Shown one piece after another: positions 12,034 to 24,603 of a DNA stretch of 59,863 nucleotides (positions are counted from its first letter, which is position 1; the number at the start of each line of letters is the position of its first letter). The stretch is from the NCBI RefSeq assembly GCF_001194135.2, contig NC_068990.1, positions 89,711,670 to 89,771,532 of the forward strand, given 5' to 3'. This stretch comes from Octopus bimaculoides. Its lineage: Eukaryota. Position numbers and translations under genes: made by a program. The notes under the pieces were generated by a model that was given only the letters and a program-made list of their open reading frames with translations, had not been told where the DNA came from and searched no databases.

Positions 12034-13353
12034 TTCAAAATCTGATGAAATATTAAGAGTTGTTTATCAAGAATATCCTGATAACTGTATACGAAACACG
12101 AAGCATCGATCCCTTGGCAAATAATCTAATCCGTCACTATCGACTGGACGAGCTACGATTACGTAGTTTTTATATTTTTCTGATAGATTGTTTCATCACC
12201 AGTTGGAAACCTGTTCAGACTTGTCATTATTTTGTATTAATTCACCGAAAGTCTCAGTTAATTCATTTATATTTAATTTCTAGTTAAATCCATTTCTGTG
12301 TGTAACCGACACATTGCGGATAGAAATATAAACGATAATGAACATGATAATCCAGACATACTTTCAAACCACTGTTTTCTAATTAACCCATTATTATGGC
12401 TTAACTTTTTTGAATATAGGATCAATAGTTATAATTTCTTTTCATCTAAAGACACAAGCTTTATTCCATATTTATTACGTAAGTTAATATAAACAGCACA
12501 GATGTTCATAAACTTTGAAATATATGCAGAACGAAAGCTTTTGTTATTTGCTTCTTATTCACAGGTAAATTTTAATAGAGAAAGATAATAATATATAATT
12601 TATTCTTATGTTCTAAATAACTATTATGTTTTCAATAATTCATAAATTGTGTTCGCGCCCATCATACATTTATTGTCGTATGTTTTCGCCTATTAATGAT
12701 ATCTTTTTTTAACTTCATGCACATACAACAGTATACAATGAGAGTGACTATTACTAATCCAACAATGTTACTACGCAAGGATCATGAGTGTGGTGTTTAA
12801 GCAATCACGTAAAAGATGCACAGGCATATTAGACAGCTTCTGCCTGGTCGAAGAGTATGCTGAGGCATCTTTCTTTTAAACATGCGTCTCACATGCCATT
12901 AAATGCTGTCCACATTTCAGCAGTTCACATCCAGGGAAAACATATTTGTGAGCATTAAAGTTTATAATAGACTTGACGATGTATAAAGGAACTGGAGTGA
13001 TTTTGTGAGGCATTTTTCTTTTAAAAATGCGTCTCATATACCATTAAATGCTGTAATTTTGATTCAAGAATGTTTTCTAGATTGCACTATAATTCAGAGA
13101 TACAGAGAGAAAGGAAGATTCATTGAGCTATTGATTTTCTTATTGGTAACCCTTTTTTAAAAATCTTTTTACATAATATACATCAATGTTTGCAACACTC
13201 AAGCAGTGGAAGTCGTATTTAGCATGGGATTAGTATTCGCATAATCTAGTCCACTATATGTGCGCCTCTGTCTTCTATAAATAATAAATGATATATACAT
13301 ATATACATACATATATCGCCATAATTGACCGCTAGCCACTAAAGCTTTTTTTA

Positions 13354-13510
13354 ATTCTCTCTCTGTTTATCTTCTCATGTTCCTTTCTGTTGAAGAGCGC
13401 AGGCTTGAAACGTAAAAGACTTTCGTACCTTTCCGAGCGATAAACAAATACACCTGCTTGTTGTCTATACACCTGTTTTCGTCTTTTGTTTTTTTTCCTA
13501 AATTACAACT
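13354..13510 (+). mobile_element. Penelope-like terminal repeat fragment with a variant hammerhead-like motif
   Basis: cttt-CTGTTGAA-GAGCgcagGCTT-GAAACGTA-aaag (13383-13418), followed by the family tail ...ttcgtcttttgttttttttcctaaatt ending at a short (TA)n. Confidence 0.55.
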
Positions 13511-13517
13511 ATATATA

Positions 13518-13879
13518 CAGGCTGGTTCGAAAGTCACCATATATAGGAACAATTTATCTTTTTATAAGAAGCAGTTTATAAGAACAATTTTTTTTTTATT
13601 TAACAGTCTCTATATGGTTACCATTGTTTTGAATACACATTGCAATACGTTTACGAGTTCATTGTGAACTCGTAATAGCACATCTGGTGATACTTGTGCA
13701 AATGAGTTGGTGATGCGTTCCTTGAAATGATTTGTCTTTCATCTTTCCGCGATACACCATGCTTTTCACATGACCCCAAAGATAGAAATCAAGAAGGGTC
13801 AGATCAAGCAATCTAGGAGATCTTATAATCTGTTTCTTATAAATTTTTTCCTATGTATGGAGACCTTTGAATCACCCTG
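13518..13879 (-). mobile_element. Internally deleted Tc1/mariner (DD37D/DD41D-like) transposon with both TIRs and TA target duplication
   Basis: Left TA-CAGGCTGGTTCGAAAGTCACCATATATAGGAA versus right (reverse complement) TA-CAGGGTGATTCAAAGGTCTCCATACATAGGAA. The minus strand encodes DLTLLDFYLWGHVKSMVYR...KERITN...KRIAMCIQNNGNHIE* (transposase C-terminus). Confidence 0.85.
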
Positions 13880-13965
13880 TATATNNNNNNNNNNNNNNNN
13901 NNNNNNNNNNNNNNNNNNNNNNNNNNNNNNNNNNNNNNNNNNNNNNNNNNNNNNNNNNNNNNNNN

Positions 13966-14009
<44 letters not shown>

Positions 14010-14085
14010 ATATATATATATATGATATAGCATGTCCGCAGTCAAATGACTGAAGCCAGTAGAAGATGAAAGATAAAAGATACAA

Positions 14086-14129
<44 letters not shown>

Positions 14130-14918
14130 TTTGGTTACTAGAGATAAGGCTGAGAAAGTGTTGTGCTCCTGACTATTATTAAGCCAGAAACACTTACCAA
14201 CGTTTGTCCTCTTATCTGCTGAAGCTAAGTATGTTCTTTTCGTCAATGGAATGACACTTTCAGAGAAATTCTTGATTCTTTGATTACTTCCTCTTCTCAT
14301 GTGGAGTTGTTCTCAATTGCCATCACGTAATTATGGGGCATCATCTAAAGGTAGAGATAATATCAATAAATCAAGAATTGATGCTTTATGGCATTTGAAA
14401 TTCATGTATTTGTCTGTTATTCAGGTACATGCCATTGGCCACTCTGAGCTATTTCACTTTGCTTACCTTTGTTTGTTTATGTATATTCTACTCAAAGGAA
14501 GAGAGTGAGAAAAAGATTGACAGAGAACTGGCAGCATTTTATATAATGATTTTTGTTAATATAAATATTCGGCAACCGATGAAAAAAATTTCTTTTGCAG
14601 GAAAAATAACTACAAAAGCAAATACTTTGATTTAGAAGTAAACAAAGTAGAAAATGGAAGTTGAAATTGCCTTCAGTGTTTTAAGTATTACGTTTCTATA
14701 AATATTTCAGACGAGACTGATCAATAACTGAAGAGTAAATGTGAAGTGTATTGTTAGACAGTTATTATAGTCAATAAATACATAAAGACGTAAAGACTTA
14801 AATATATGTATTAGATCTAGATTTATAGATATATGGGGATAGAGAAGTGGGGGCGATTTTAATGGCTTAGGCAGGACAGCGTCCATAATTTTCGCGGGTT
14901 CTCCGAATTTATGAGTTT

Positions 14919-15023
<105 letters not shown>

Positions 15024-15395
15024 GGGAACAGAGACAGCTTGTATTGTTGTAATACAAAGTGGCGCATCAGGACATCGTGTAATGTACCTTCTGGATGAAA
15101 ACCTGGTCTAAATAATTACAATAAAAATTCACTTGCCGAAAGTTACACTATATGTAAACAAAAAGATATAGCTCACCCGGGAAGTTCCTGTATTGATGAC
15201 CTCAACCCGATTTTATTCATATTGCTTGGTACGACACTACATATTGAGGAAGGAGACATTTGCCCATGATATTCTGCAGCGGAATCGAAGCAAAAATCAC
15301 TTGATAGAAAACACATGAATGTAATTTCACCGCCAGGTTCAGAAGTAAAGTTAGTAAAATACGAGGCAATAAATAAATAAATAAATAAATAAATA

Positions 15396-15644
15396 TGTTG
15401 GTGACACGTAAAAAGCACCATCCGAACGTGGCCGATGCCAGTGTCACCTGACTGGCACCCGTGTCGGTGGCACGTAAAAAGCACCCACTACACTCTCAGA
15501 GTGGTTGGTGTTAGGAAGAGGCCATCCAGCTGTAAAAACATTGCCAGATTAGATTGGAGCCTGGTGCAGCCGCTGGATCTCCAGGCCTCAGTCAAACCGT
15601 CCAACTCATGCCAGCATGGAAAACGGACGTTAAACGATGATGAT
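15396..15644 (+). mobile_element. SINE family D, 3' portion with LINE-like tail ending in (GAT)n
   Basis: cacgtaaaaagcacc twice, ggttggtgttaggaagagggccatccagctgtaaaaac-like core, and tail gtcaaaccgtccaactcatgccagcatggaaaacggacgttaaacgatgatgat. Family recognised from memory only. Confidence 0.6.
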
Positions 15645-16241
15645 GTGTGTGTGTGTTTGTGTGTGTGTATGTATGTATTGTCAACATACTATATATTATA
15701 TATATATATGCACACATATACACACATATGTGTGTATGTGTGTTTTGTGTGTGTATGTGTGTTTTGTTTGCATGTATGTTTTGTGTGCGTACAAATGGTT
15801 GAAAAACATTATTGTTATTGATAACATATATTGAGAAGTTAGAAATTTTACTTGTATAATTTCGGTTTTGGAAATATGTAGTCTTTTGAAGATGAGTTCT
15901 TCCGGAGAAACGCCATTCACACTGCCAGGTATATATATATANNNNNNNNNNNNNNNNNNNNNNNNNNNNNNNNNNNNNNNNNNNNNNNNNNNNNNNNNNN
16001 NNNNNNNNNNNNNNNNNNNNNNNNNNNNNNNNNNNNNNNNNNNNNNNNNNNNNNNNNNNNNNNNNNNNNNNNNNNNNNNNNNNNNNNNGTGTGCGTGTGT
16101 GTGTGTGTGTGTGTGTATGTATATATGTGTATATATATATATATGTATATATATATATGTGTGTGTGTGTACCTGTATGTGTGTGAGGTGCGTGTGTGCG
16201 TGTGTGTGTGTGTATACTGTGTGTGTGTGTGTGCGTGTGTG

Positions 16242-16285
<44 letters not shown>

Positions 16286-16778
16286 AGTCTATTTCCGGCG
16301 CCATTATCTAATTCTTTTAAATTTATACAAGAAGGATGATAATATTTCTTACGTTCTATTTTCCTTAGGAGACTCGGAAGAATAATTTGTAAAAAGAAAT
16401 ATTTTTATATATTTTCTAATATATTCAATAATATTCCAATTTATATTCTTATAAATATAAAATTGTTTAACAATGCAATTAGTTCTGGGTTTCTAGCTAT
16501 TGCTTTCGTTTCCTTGAATTTATTCTTTCAGGTTTCCTAAGGCAATATAATCGTAATGAAGTTGGACATTTTGAACAATCACAAACGTTTAAAGAAAGAG
16601 ATTTTTAGCCTTTAACATTTACCAAGTTACTTGTGTGCGGAATTGTTTGTGGTTGCCTGAAAAAAGAAAAAAACAGAAAAATCTGATAGAATATGTATAA
16701 GATATAATTTCAGTTCGTGGGGTAAAATCTTATGATAGAAATTCTATCCTTACCCACCGATTGATTTGTGTATGACTT

Positions 16779-16880
16779 CGTAACCTGGCGGTTCAGCAAA
16801 AGAAGCCGATGGAATAAGTATCAAGTTTCTAGGCAGTGCTCCAGCGTGACCACAGTCCAGTGACTGAATCAAGTAAGACA
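16779..16880 (+). mobile_element. 3' tail fragment of SINE family B
   Basis: cgtaacctggcggttcagcaaaagaagccgatggaataagta...gtgctccagcgtgaccacagtccagtgactgaatcaagtaag. Similar tail remnants lie at about 14028-14065, 17010-17053, 26660-26750 and 48575-48620 (-). Confidence 0.55.
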
Positions 16881-18399
16881 ATAAAAGAATAAAAGAGTAA
16901 AAAAAAAAAATCTAGCGTTAACTGTAGCAAGAAAGAACACTCGGTATCGGTACGTTTTTGCTACACTTAAATTTCGCCTGTGTACTCACGCACACACACA
17001 CACACACATTGTTGTAGCATGGCCACAGTCAGATGACAGAAACAAGTAAAAGATATACATGCATGCATAGACAAGATATACACACACGCATACTTAGAAA
17101 AGGATGAAACAGCTTAGGAAAAACTAAAGGGGGTGTATGAGTGCAAGGCGGACAGATTCAGGAAAAGATGAATTACTGATGACAAATGGGAAATATGAAA
17201 ATATGCTTTGTTAATTAGAATTCAATTTCGTAGCTACTCTAATAGGAACCGAAAACTCGTTATAGAAGTATGCGATGCACGTTAATTGATAGTGTTTAGA
17301 GCGCCGTGTGTCACTTTGCCAATAGATCGTTCTGTGACAATTAATACATCTTTCTTATCGCGGATAGTTTTGCTGTTGTTGTTGTAGTTGTGGTTGTTAT
17401 GATATAATTATCATGTAAGTCACAGCATATATCGTTGGTTGAATATTTAGTAATAATCTTTAATTATAAATTATTGTCTAACAATTTATGCATTCGTTGG
17501 ATGTCGTTGTGGTGATGATGATGATGATGATGATGATGGTGGGGCTGTTGATATCGGTCGGTGGTGGCAGTGGTGATGTTGCTGATAGTGGTGGTGGCGG
17601 TGGTGGTGATGGTGGTGACGATGGCGATGCTGGATATGTTGTGGTGGATTTGTCTGCAGCGTTGTTGGATATAAAGGTGGATGTGGTGATAGTGGCGTTT
17701 ATAGATACGGTGTTACATTTGGTGATAGAAGAGGGTGGCGGTGGAAGTAGGTTGCAATGATGGATATATTGGCGTTAGCAGGGGTGGCGTAGATGAGATG
17801 TTACTGGTGATAACAGCGGTAGATATGTAAGAAGATTCGTTGGTGTTGTTGGTGGTTGTGATATATATANNNNNNNNNNNNNNNNNNNNNNNNNNNNNNN
17901 NNNNNNNNNNNNNNNNNNNNNNNNNNNNNNNNNNNNNNNNNNNNNNNNNNNNNNNNNNNNNNNNNNNNNNNNNNNNNNNNNNNNNNNNNNNNNNNNNNNN
18001 NNNNNNNNNNNNNNNNNNNNNNNNNNNNNNNNNNNNNNNNNNNNNNNNNNNNNNNNNNNNNNNNNNNNNNNNNNNNNNNNNNNNNNNNNNNNNNNNNNNN
18101 NNNNNNNNNNNNNNNNNNNNNNNNNNNNNNNNNNNNNNNNNNNNNNNNNNNNNNNNNNNNNNNNNNNNNNNNNNNNNNNNNNNNNNNNNNNNNNNNNNNN
18201 NNNNNNNNNNNNNNNNNNNNNNNNNNNNNNNNNNNNNNNNNNNNNNNNNNNNNNNNNNNNNNNNNNNNNNNNNNNNNNNNNNNNNNNNNNNNNNNNNNNN
18301 NNNNNNNNNNNNNNNNNNNNNNNTATATATATATATATATGGGTTGTAGGAATTATCCAAAAGCCTTATTCTCACTTATTTTGAACGAATAAGGCAGAC

Positions 18400-19050
18400 A
18401 ACCTTATCATCAGTAAATATAAATTATTTGTCCTTGACAATTCTCTGAGAAATATGATACTTTTATTTGGTGTAGGACTTGATGTTTGATATTTTTAGAA
18501 GAATATTCTGACCGATTGTTCTTGTGTTATAATGTGTGGATGGACTCAACGTATGTTTTAGATACCCAACATGTCAAGTATGAAGATAATATCTTGATGA
18601 CTATATTTCTCCTGCTGTTAATCACGTTTGTAATACCTTCTACAGACGACTCAATCGATATTTTCAATCATATCTTCTGTCTCCTTTGTTCCATCACATT
18701 CAGAATCTCTTTCGTTCAACACGTATTTTGTTATCTCTTGCGTAACTTTCTAAAGCTATGCTTTTGTTTGGTCACTCCAACATTTTTCGAGACACTTTTT
18801 GTAATACTTTTTAATAATCTCAGGCTACTATTGTACCTGTAATTGTGAGGAATAGGGAAGATAAAGAGGTCATTGGTGTTAATACTTTTTGTTTAGAAAG
18901 CGCTTTTTTCACGTTTATCTATTCAGTATGAGCACAATCCTTTAACCATTATTCCATCTCTGTATCAATTGTTATTAAATCTGGTTGATTCATAGTATTG
19001 TAGGCATTTCGCGTTGGCCATCTATAAATCATCGATAAAAATATAATGGG
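18400..19050 (-). mobile_element. Highly decayed non-LTR RT fragment (R4/Dong-like)
   Basis: Minus strand gives LTHYIFIDDL (YxDD-like) followed by DTEME..KDCA, resembling DIGMEFGxDKCA. Heavily broken. Confidence 0.3.
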
Positions 19051-19416
19051 TTAAATTGTGGTTTCTTGTTGTAGAGCTTAGCGTCGATCTATTAGATATT
19101 TTTGACGGAAATTGCAGTGGATTTAGGGAAAATATTAATCAGAAGTACAAATACACCGATTCTTTTAAATATTCCTTTTTGAAAGCGTTATTGCATGAGA
19201 GGCAATCTTCGTGCTTTCAGTTACAAAAAGAAAATTGTCAGACCGAGTGCAGTAGAGGCGTTATCTATTTTATTGTAGCCTTATTAATTAAGGTAGTTAG
19301 TGATTATATTTTTAATGCTGTGCATATCTAATTAGAAATAATTATTTCTTAGGTAAAAGACAACATCAATTTGATTATGAATATTATTTTAATGAATCAA
19401 GTAATCATAGGAGATG

Positions 19417-19459
19417 ATTTCGGACATGTTTCGGTACAATTAAACTTCATCAGTAAAAT
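19417..19459 (-). ncRNA. Decayed minimal type-I hammerhead-like motif
   Basis: Minus strand: atttta-CTGATGA-agtttaattgtacc-GAAAC-ATGT-C-cgaaat. Intact core and palindromic ACATGT stem III, but weak stems I and II. Confidence 0.4.
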
Positions 19460-20688
19460 TTAAAGTTCTTTGTGTATGTAAAATACTGCTGAGAGAACCA
19501 CTAAGTAAAAATACATTAATTAACATAATATAAATTATCATTGACATTAATTACAAACAGACACCATCCGTTTGAAAAACAATGGTTTACGTTTATGTTA
19601 GTCATTGAACAAAAGCTGTCTTCTTTCACCCCATGGCTAGTTCTTATCAGATTTCCGATATCCTCAACATTAAATATATTTACGCTAACACAATTACCGT
19701 TTTACATGTAGCTTCTGCATCTTTATATGATTTTAGTAAAAAATTGCACTTCGCGCACTTAACATATCGATCTTTCCAACAGTCTGCACTTGGTCAGACC
19801 TGAAAAGGTTTTGGAGGAAATGCGTGGAGAAAATTTGAGTAAAGCTTGCAGATAATTTGTGATAAAGCAATAAGCCTAAAGTTTTTTCTGTCAACTGGGT
19901 ATTTTTTTCTTTTATTTTTGCTTTCAAGATTTATCATGCGTTAACGAACTACATTGCTTTGCCAAGTTACGTAATTCTTTAAGTAATTTTCTATACAAGA
20001 TCATTCACCACTATCCTGTTGCTCCAGGATTTACGAGGCACTCGCTTTCTGTCGTTAAATTTCATTTTAGTGAGGATACAAAACTGAACGTTATTGTTTT
20101 CAGCTGTAATTCACTTACATTCCATATGTTGGATATCATTCTTTCAAATCTTTTAGAGTATAAAGCTTTGGAATTTTCATAAGGATTTTCATTTACACTC
20201 TGATGGAATTTGCTTTCATACTCCGATATATAGTGCGTGGTTTAGAAGTAAAGCGACGGGTATTACAGCTTCATTGACGTCTCGCTTTTTGGTTAGATTT
20301 TACAATTTTATTTACCTATGTATTTATATATGTATTTGTATATTTTTTCATTACATCTTTCTTCCGTAAGTGAATTTCTCACATATCGTTTTCTGTTCAT
20401 GTTTCAGAACTACTAATTTGCGCTCAATAATTTCGCATTTAAATAAACAATGTTTAAATGTAATTCACTTTTCTTTCATGCGATATACTTTGAGAACGTT
20501 GAACTTGATGTCAAATAAACTTAATTCTTGTACAGCTAGCATTAGCAGTAGTAAATTCTTGGAAGTGAAACCTTCATCCCCGAGCAGCAAAGAGGAAGCA
20601 TTAACAGACAATTGCTATTTCTACAAAAGGCCGATGAAATATGGAGATGCACTAGGAAAAATTTCGAAAGCGACAGAAAATAGCATTA

Positions 20689-20699
<11 letters not shown>

Positions 20700-20727
<28 letters not shown>

Positions 20728-20873
20728 GTATATATTTGCATATATATATAAATACATATTCACAAACTTTGTCAAGCGCGCGCGCGCACACACACACACA
20801 AACACACGTATATATTTGCATATATATATATATACATATTCACAAACTTTGTCAAGCGCGCGCACACACACAC
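20700..20873. repeat. About 75-bp composite minisatellite running into an N gap
   Basis: The unit (ca)n-aacacacgtatatatttgca-(ta)n-catattcacaaactttgtcaagcgcgcg occurs twice, and a third unit begins before the gap. Confidence 0.8.
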
Positions 20874-21925
20874 NNNNNNNNNNNNNNNNNNNNNNNNNNN
20901 NNNNNNNNNNNNNNNNNNNNNNNNNNNNNNNNNNNNNNNNNNNNNNNNNNNNNNNNNNNNNNNNNNNNNNNNNNNNNNNNNNNNNNNNNNNNNNNNNNNN
21001 NNNNNNNNNNNNNNNNNNNNNNNNNNNNNNNNNNNNNNNNNNNNNNNNNNNNNNNNNNNNNNNNNNNNNNNNNNNNNNNNNNNNNNNNNNNNNNNNNNNN
21101 NNNNNNNNNNNNNNNNNNNNNNNNNNNNNNNNNNNNNNNNNNNNNNNNNNNNNNNNNNNNNNNNNNNNNNNNNNNNNNNNNNNNNNNNNNNNNNNNNNNN
21201 NNNNNNNNNNNNNNNNNNNNNNNNNNNNNNNNNNNNNNNNNNNNNNNNNNNNNNNNNNNNNNNNNNNNNNNNNNNNNNNNNNNNNNNNNNNNNNNNNNNN
21301 NNNNNNNNNNNNNNNNNNNNNNNNNNNNNNNNNNNNNNNNNNNNNNNNNNNNNNNNNNNNNNNNNNNNNNNNNNNNNNNNNNNNNNNNNNNNNNNNNNNN
21401 NNNNNNNNNNNNNNNNNNNNNNNNNNNNNNNNNNNNNNNNNNNNNNNNNNNNNNNNNNNNNNNNNNNNNNNNNNNNNNNNNNNNNNNNNNNNNNNNNNNN
21501 NNNNNNNNNNNNNNNNNNNNNNNNNNNNNNNNNNNNNNNNNNNNNNNNNNNNNNNNNNNNNNNNNNNNNNNNNNNNNNNNNNNNNNNNNNNNNNNNNNNN
21601 NNNNNNNNNNNNNNNNNNNNNNNNNNNNNNNNNNNNNNNNNNNNNNNNNNNNNNNNNNNNNNNNNNATATATATATACACACACATATATATATATATAT
21701 ATATTTACACACATACACACATACATACATATATACATACATTTATACATACACACACACATTCACAGCGTTTATTACTGCTTGAGGGCTTTATGTGGCA
21801 GCAGCTGCTAAGAAAATGCGTGCGAACCTGTATGTGTATGTGAACGAGTTCTTGTTTGTGTGTGTTCTTTCTTGTTAAATTACATATCCAACTAAGTGCT
21901 CTGAAGACTGTCTTCATATCTATAA

Positions 21926-22317
21926 TTGTTGTTGTTGTTGTTGGCACTCCGTCGCTTACGACGTCGAGGGTTCCAGTTGATCCGATCAACGGAACAGCCT
22001 GTTCGTGAAATTAACGTGCAAGTGGCTGAGCAGTCCACAGACACGTGTACCCTTAACGTAGTTCTCGGGGATATTCAGTGTGACACAGTGTGACAAAGCT
22101 GACCCTTTGAATTACAGGCACAACAGAAACAGGAAGTAAGAGTGAGAGAAATTGTGGTGGAAGAGTACAGTAGGTTTCACCACCATCCCCTACCGGAGCC
22201 TCATGGAGCTTTAGGTGTTTTTGCTCAATAAACACTCACAACGCCCGGTCTGGGAATCGAAACTGCGATCCTATGACCGCGAGTCCACTGCCCTAACCAC
22301 TGGGCCATTGTGCCTCC
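21926..22317 (-). mobile_element. Full-length tRNA-derived SINE, family A, with (AAC)n tail
   Basis: Minus strand starts GGAGGCACAATGGCCCAGTGGTTAGGGCAGTGGACTCGCGGTCATAGGATCGCAGTTTCGATTCCC (A and B boxes) and ends ...GGAGTGCC(AAC)n. Confidence 0.9.
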
Positions 22318-22895
22318 AACCATATCTATAATAATCATGCAAATTAAAATGTTTCAAATATCATTAAACATCAGCCCGCGTCCTTCATCACATCTCTCTA
22401 GAACGGTTTACCGAAAAAAAAAACGCGAAAATATATAAAAGATGATATAGAAAATTATAACTGTCTTATTGTGTAAGTTATCTCGCATGATCCTATTGAG
22501 CTGTACTTTAATTGATGACTGTTCGCTGGTATAGTGTGGTGTAGTGTGGAGAGGTCCCATCTACCTTAATGGATTAGTAACTACATACAAAAACGTAGAT
22601 TAAGAAGAAGGAAATACAATAATGATCTTGCTGCATGGAATAATGAGAAACTTATATCTTTGCAGAAAGCTGGCAGCAATCATCCACACGAAATCAGTAT
22701 TTTTAATTGAGAGAAAAAGAGAGAGAAAAATACGGGAATAAAGGTTGAATTCTTTCTGAGAAAATGAACAATTTAATTGAATTTATCGCTCTTTGTTAAG
22801 CGTAATATACAGCAAAGAAGGAAAAAACTTTTTAACCATTTGTAGGCCTTCTGTGGGTGCGAGTCTATTCATGTTTATATGTATGCAAATGTGAA

Positions 22896-23104
22896 GGCAG
22901 CAGGGCCGGAAGAGTCGTTAGCAAAACTTTTAGTGGCATTTCGTCTGTCTTTACGTTCTGAGTTCACATTCCGTTGAGGTCGACTTCGCCTTTCATCCTT
23001 TCCGCGTCGATAAAATAAGTACCAGTTGAGACCTGGGGGTCGATGTAATCGACTTATCACTTCCCCAAAATTACTGGCTTTATGCCAAAATTTGAAGCCA
23101 ATAT
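22896..23104 (+). mobile_element. tRNA-derived SINE, family C
   Basis: catttcgtctgtctttacgttctgagttcacattccgttgaggtcgacttcgcctttcatcctttc...gataaaataagtaccagttgag...gggtcgatgtaatcgactt...tttatgccaaaatttgaa. Confidence 0.85.
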
Positions 23105-23165
23105 GCATGTAGATGTGAGTGTAAGTATGGTGTCACACATACATACACATACGCACACACAGAGA

Positions 23166-23246
<81 letters not shown>

Positions 23247-24603
23247 ATATATATACGAACGCATGTCTGTGTCTATGAATCTTTGCGTGTGTGTGTAAAT
23301 TATATATGTTTGCAAATTGCTGCAGGCTTAATTTGTTAAAATCTACTCTGAAACTTCGTTGGCAAGCCATTAGAAAATAGAATATACTATTTCTCGCAGC
23401 CGTTCTGTCTAGTTTTTGCAGAATGTATTTGCGGGAGATTCAAAACAATTCTGTTGATGTAATATAGAATTTTGGCATGAAATTATTTCATAAAATATTC
23501 CATACCTTCATTTACTTGACTTTATTTGTGCTTACAACAGTCCACTCACGGTACCCTCTGTTGACCAATGAATTCTGTTTCAGTTACTTGTCTATCATCA
23601 GCATATCTATATTTTACCACGTCTTTGAAGAGGTATTGCAATGCGGTAAGAACCAGTGGATACACACCGTAGTCGTATCAGAAATTTGTATTGTTTGATT
23701 TGTATTGTTTGATCGTAGTTACTTCATCCAGAGACAGATTTGGCGATTTCGAGGAATGTCTTTTGAGTTGGGGAACTCTTTTTAGAACCACCTCCAACTT
23801 TATTACCTGAATTTTTGTTCTACACGTTAATATTACGGTTTTAACTTTTGATAAATCCGACATTCGAAACAACACATTTAATGTAGTTTGAATTTTATTC
23901 CACATACGGTTGATTTAGTGTCCGAAAAACATGCATCAACATTGTAACATCAAAGTAGGCGAGAAATATGTTGGTTTCTAATAAGTTACACTGTGACGTT
24001 TCACAACAAAAATCATGCGAAAATGTATTTTTAGCCGCGTAAAAGAACAGAAAACGCTCAAAGATTTTGTATAAAACGTGATTTTTTTCTCGTGTGGTTT
24101 ATAATGAACATGTATAAACAAAAGATTACTGATCAGTTACTGGGGCAAATCTTTGGCACAAAAGAAAATGGCGTCGTCTTCAAACAGTCTTTACCATCTC
24201 ATAAGACATTCTCCATAACGTGCAAGGAATTTTCTTGACAGAATTTATTGAATGATAAAGCTCCATCCTCGCGTGATCATGTCGAATAAAAACGGCATCT
24301 GTTAAAAATGTTTTGTTCGGTTGCATAAAATATTGCTCGATATTAACAGCTCATAGTCTGTTCCGTTGCAACCCAAGAATACAACACGACCAGTACAACA
24401 CCTACTATTAATATAAATAGCAGTTTTCAATGTTTCACCCTAAACACATTTAGTGTCATTTGTAATTCTCCTTTATGTTGAAACATTGCAAACTGTTGCT
24501 TATTTTAATTTTCTTTATACACATTAGTGAATCGGTAAATCATCCAAATATTTGGATGGCGACAACCTAAATACTAATGGTGAAGCGAAATTCGGAAAGA
24601 GCC

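Noticed and set aside
22240-22317. tRNA-like sequences with A and B boxes (also near 7.7, 8.1 and 53.2 kb)
   Set aside because: They continue into SINE bodies shared by multiple copies and lack a complete cloverleaf, so they are SINE heads, not tRNA genes.
23480-23905. Possible Tc3-like transposase trace on the minus strand
   Set aside because: Only vague similarity (KSPNL, LQY..KD); not supportable without an alignment.
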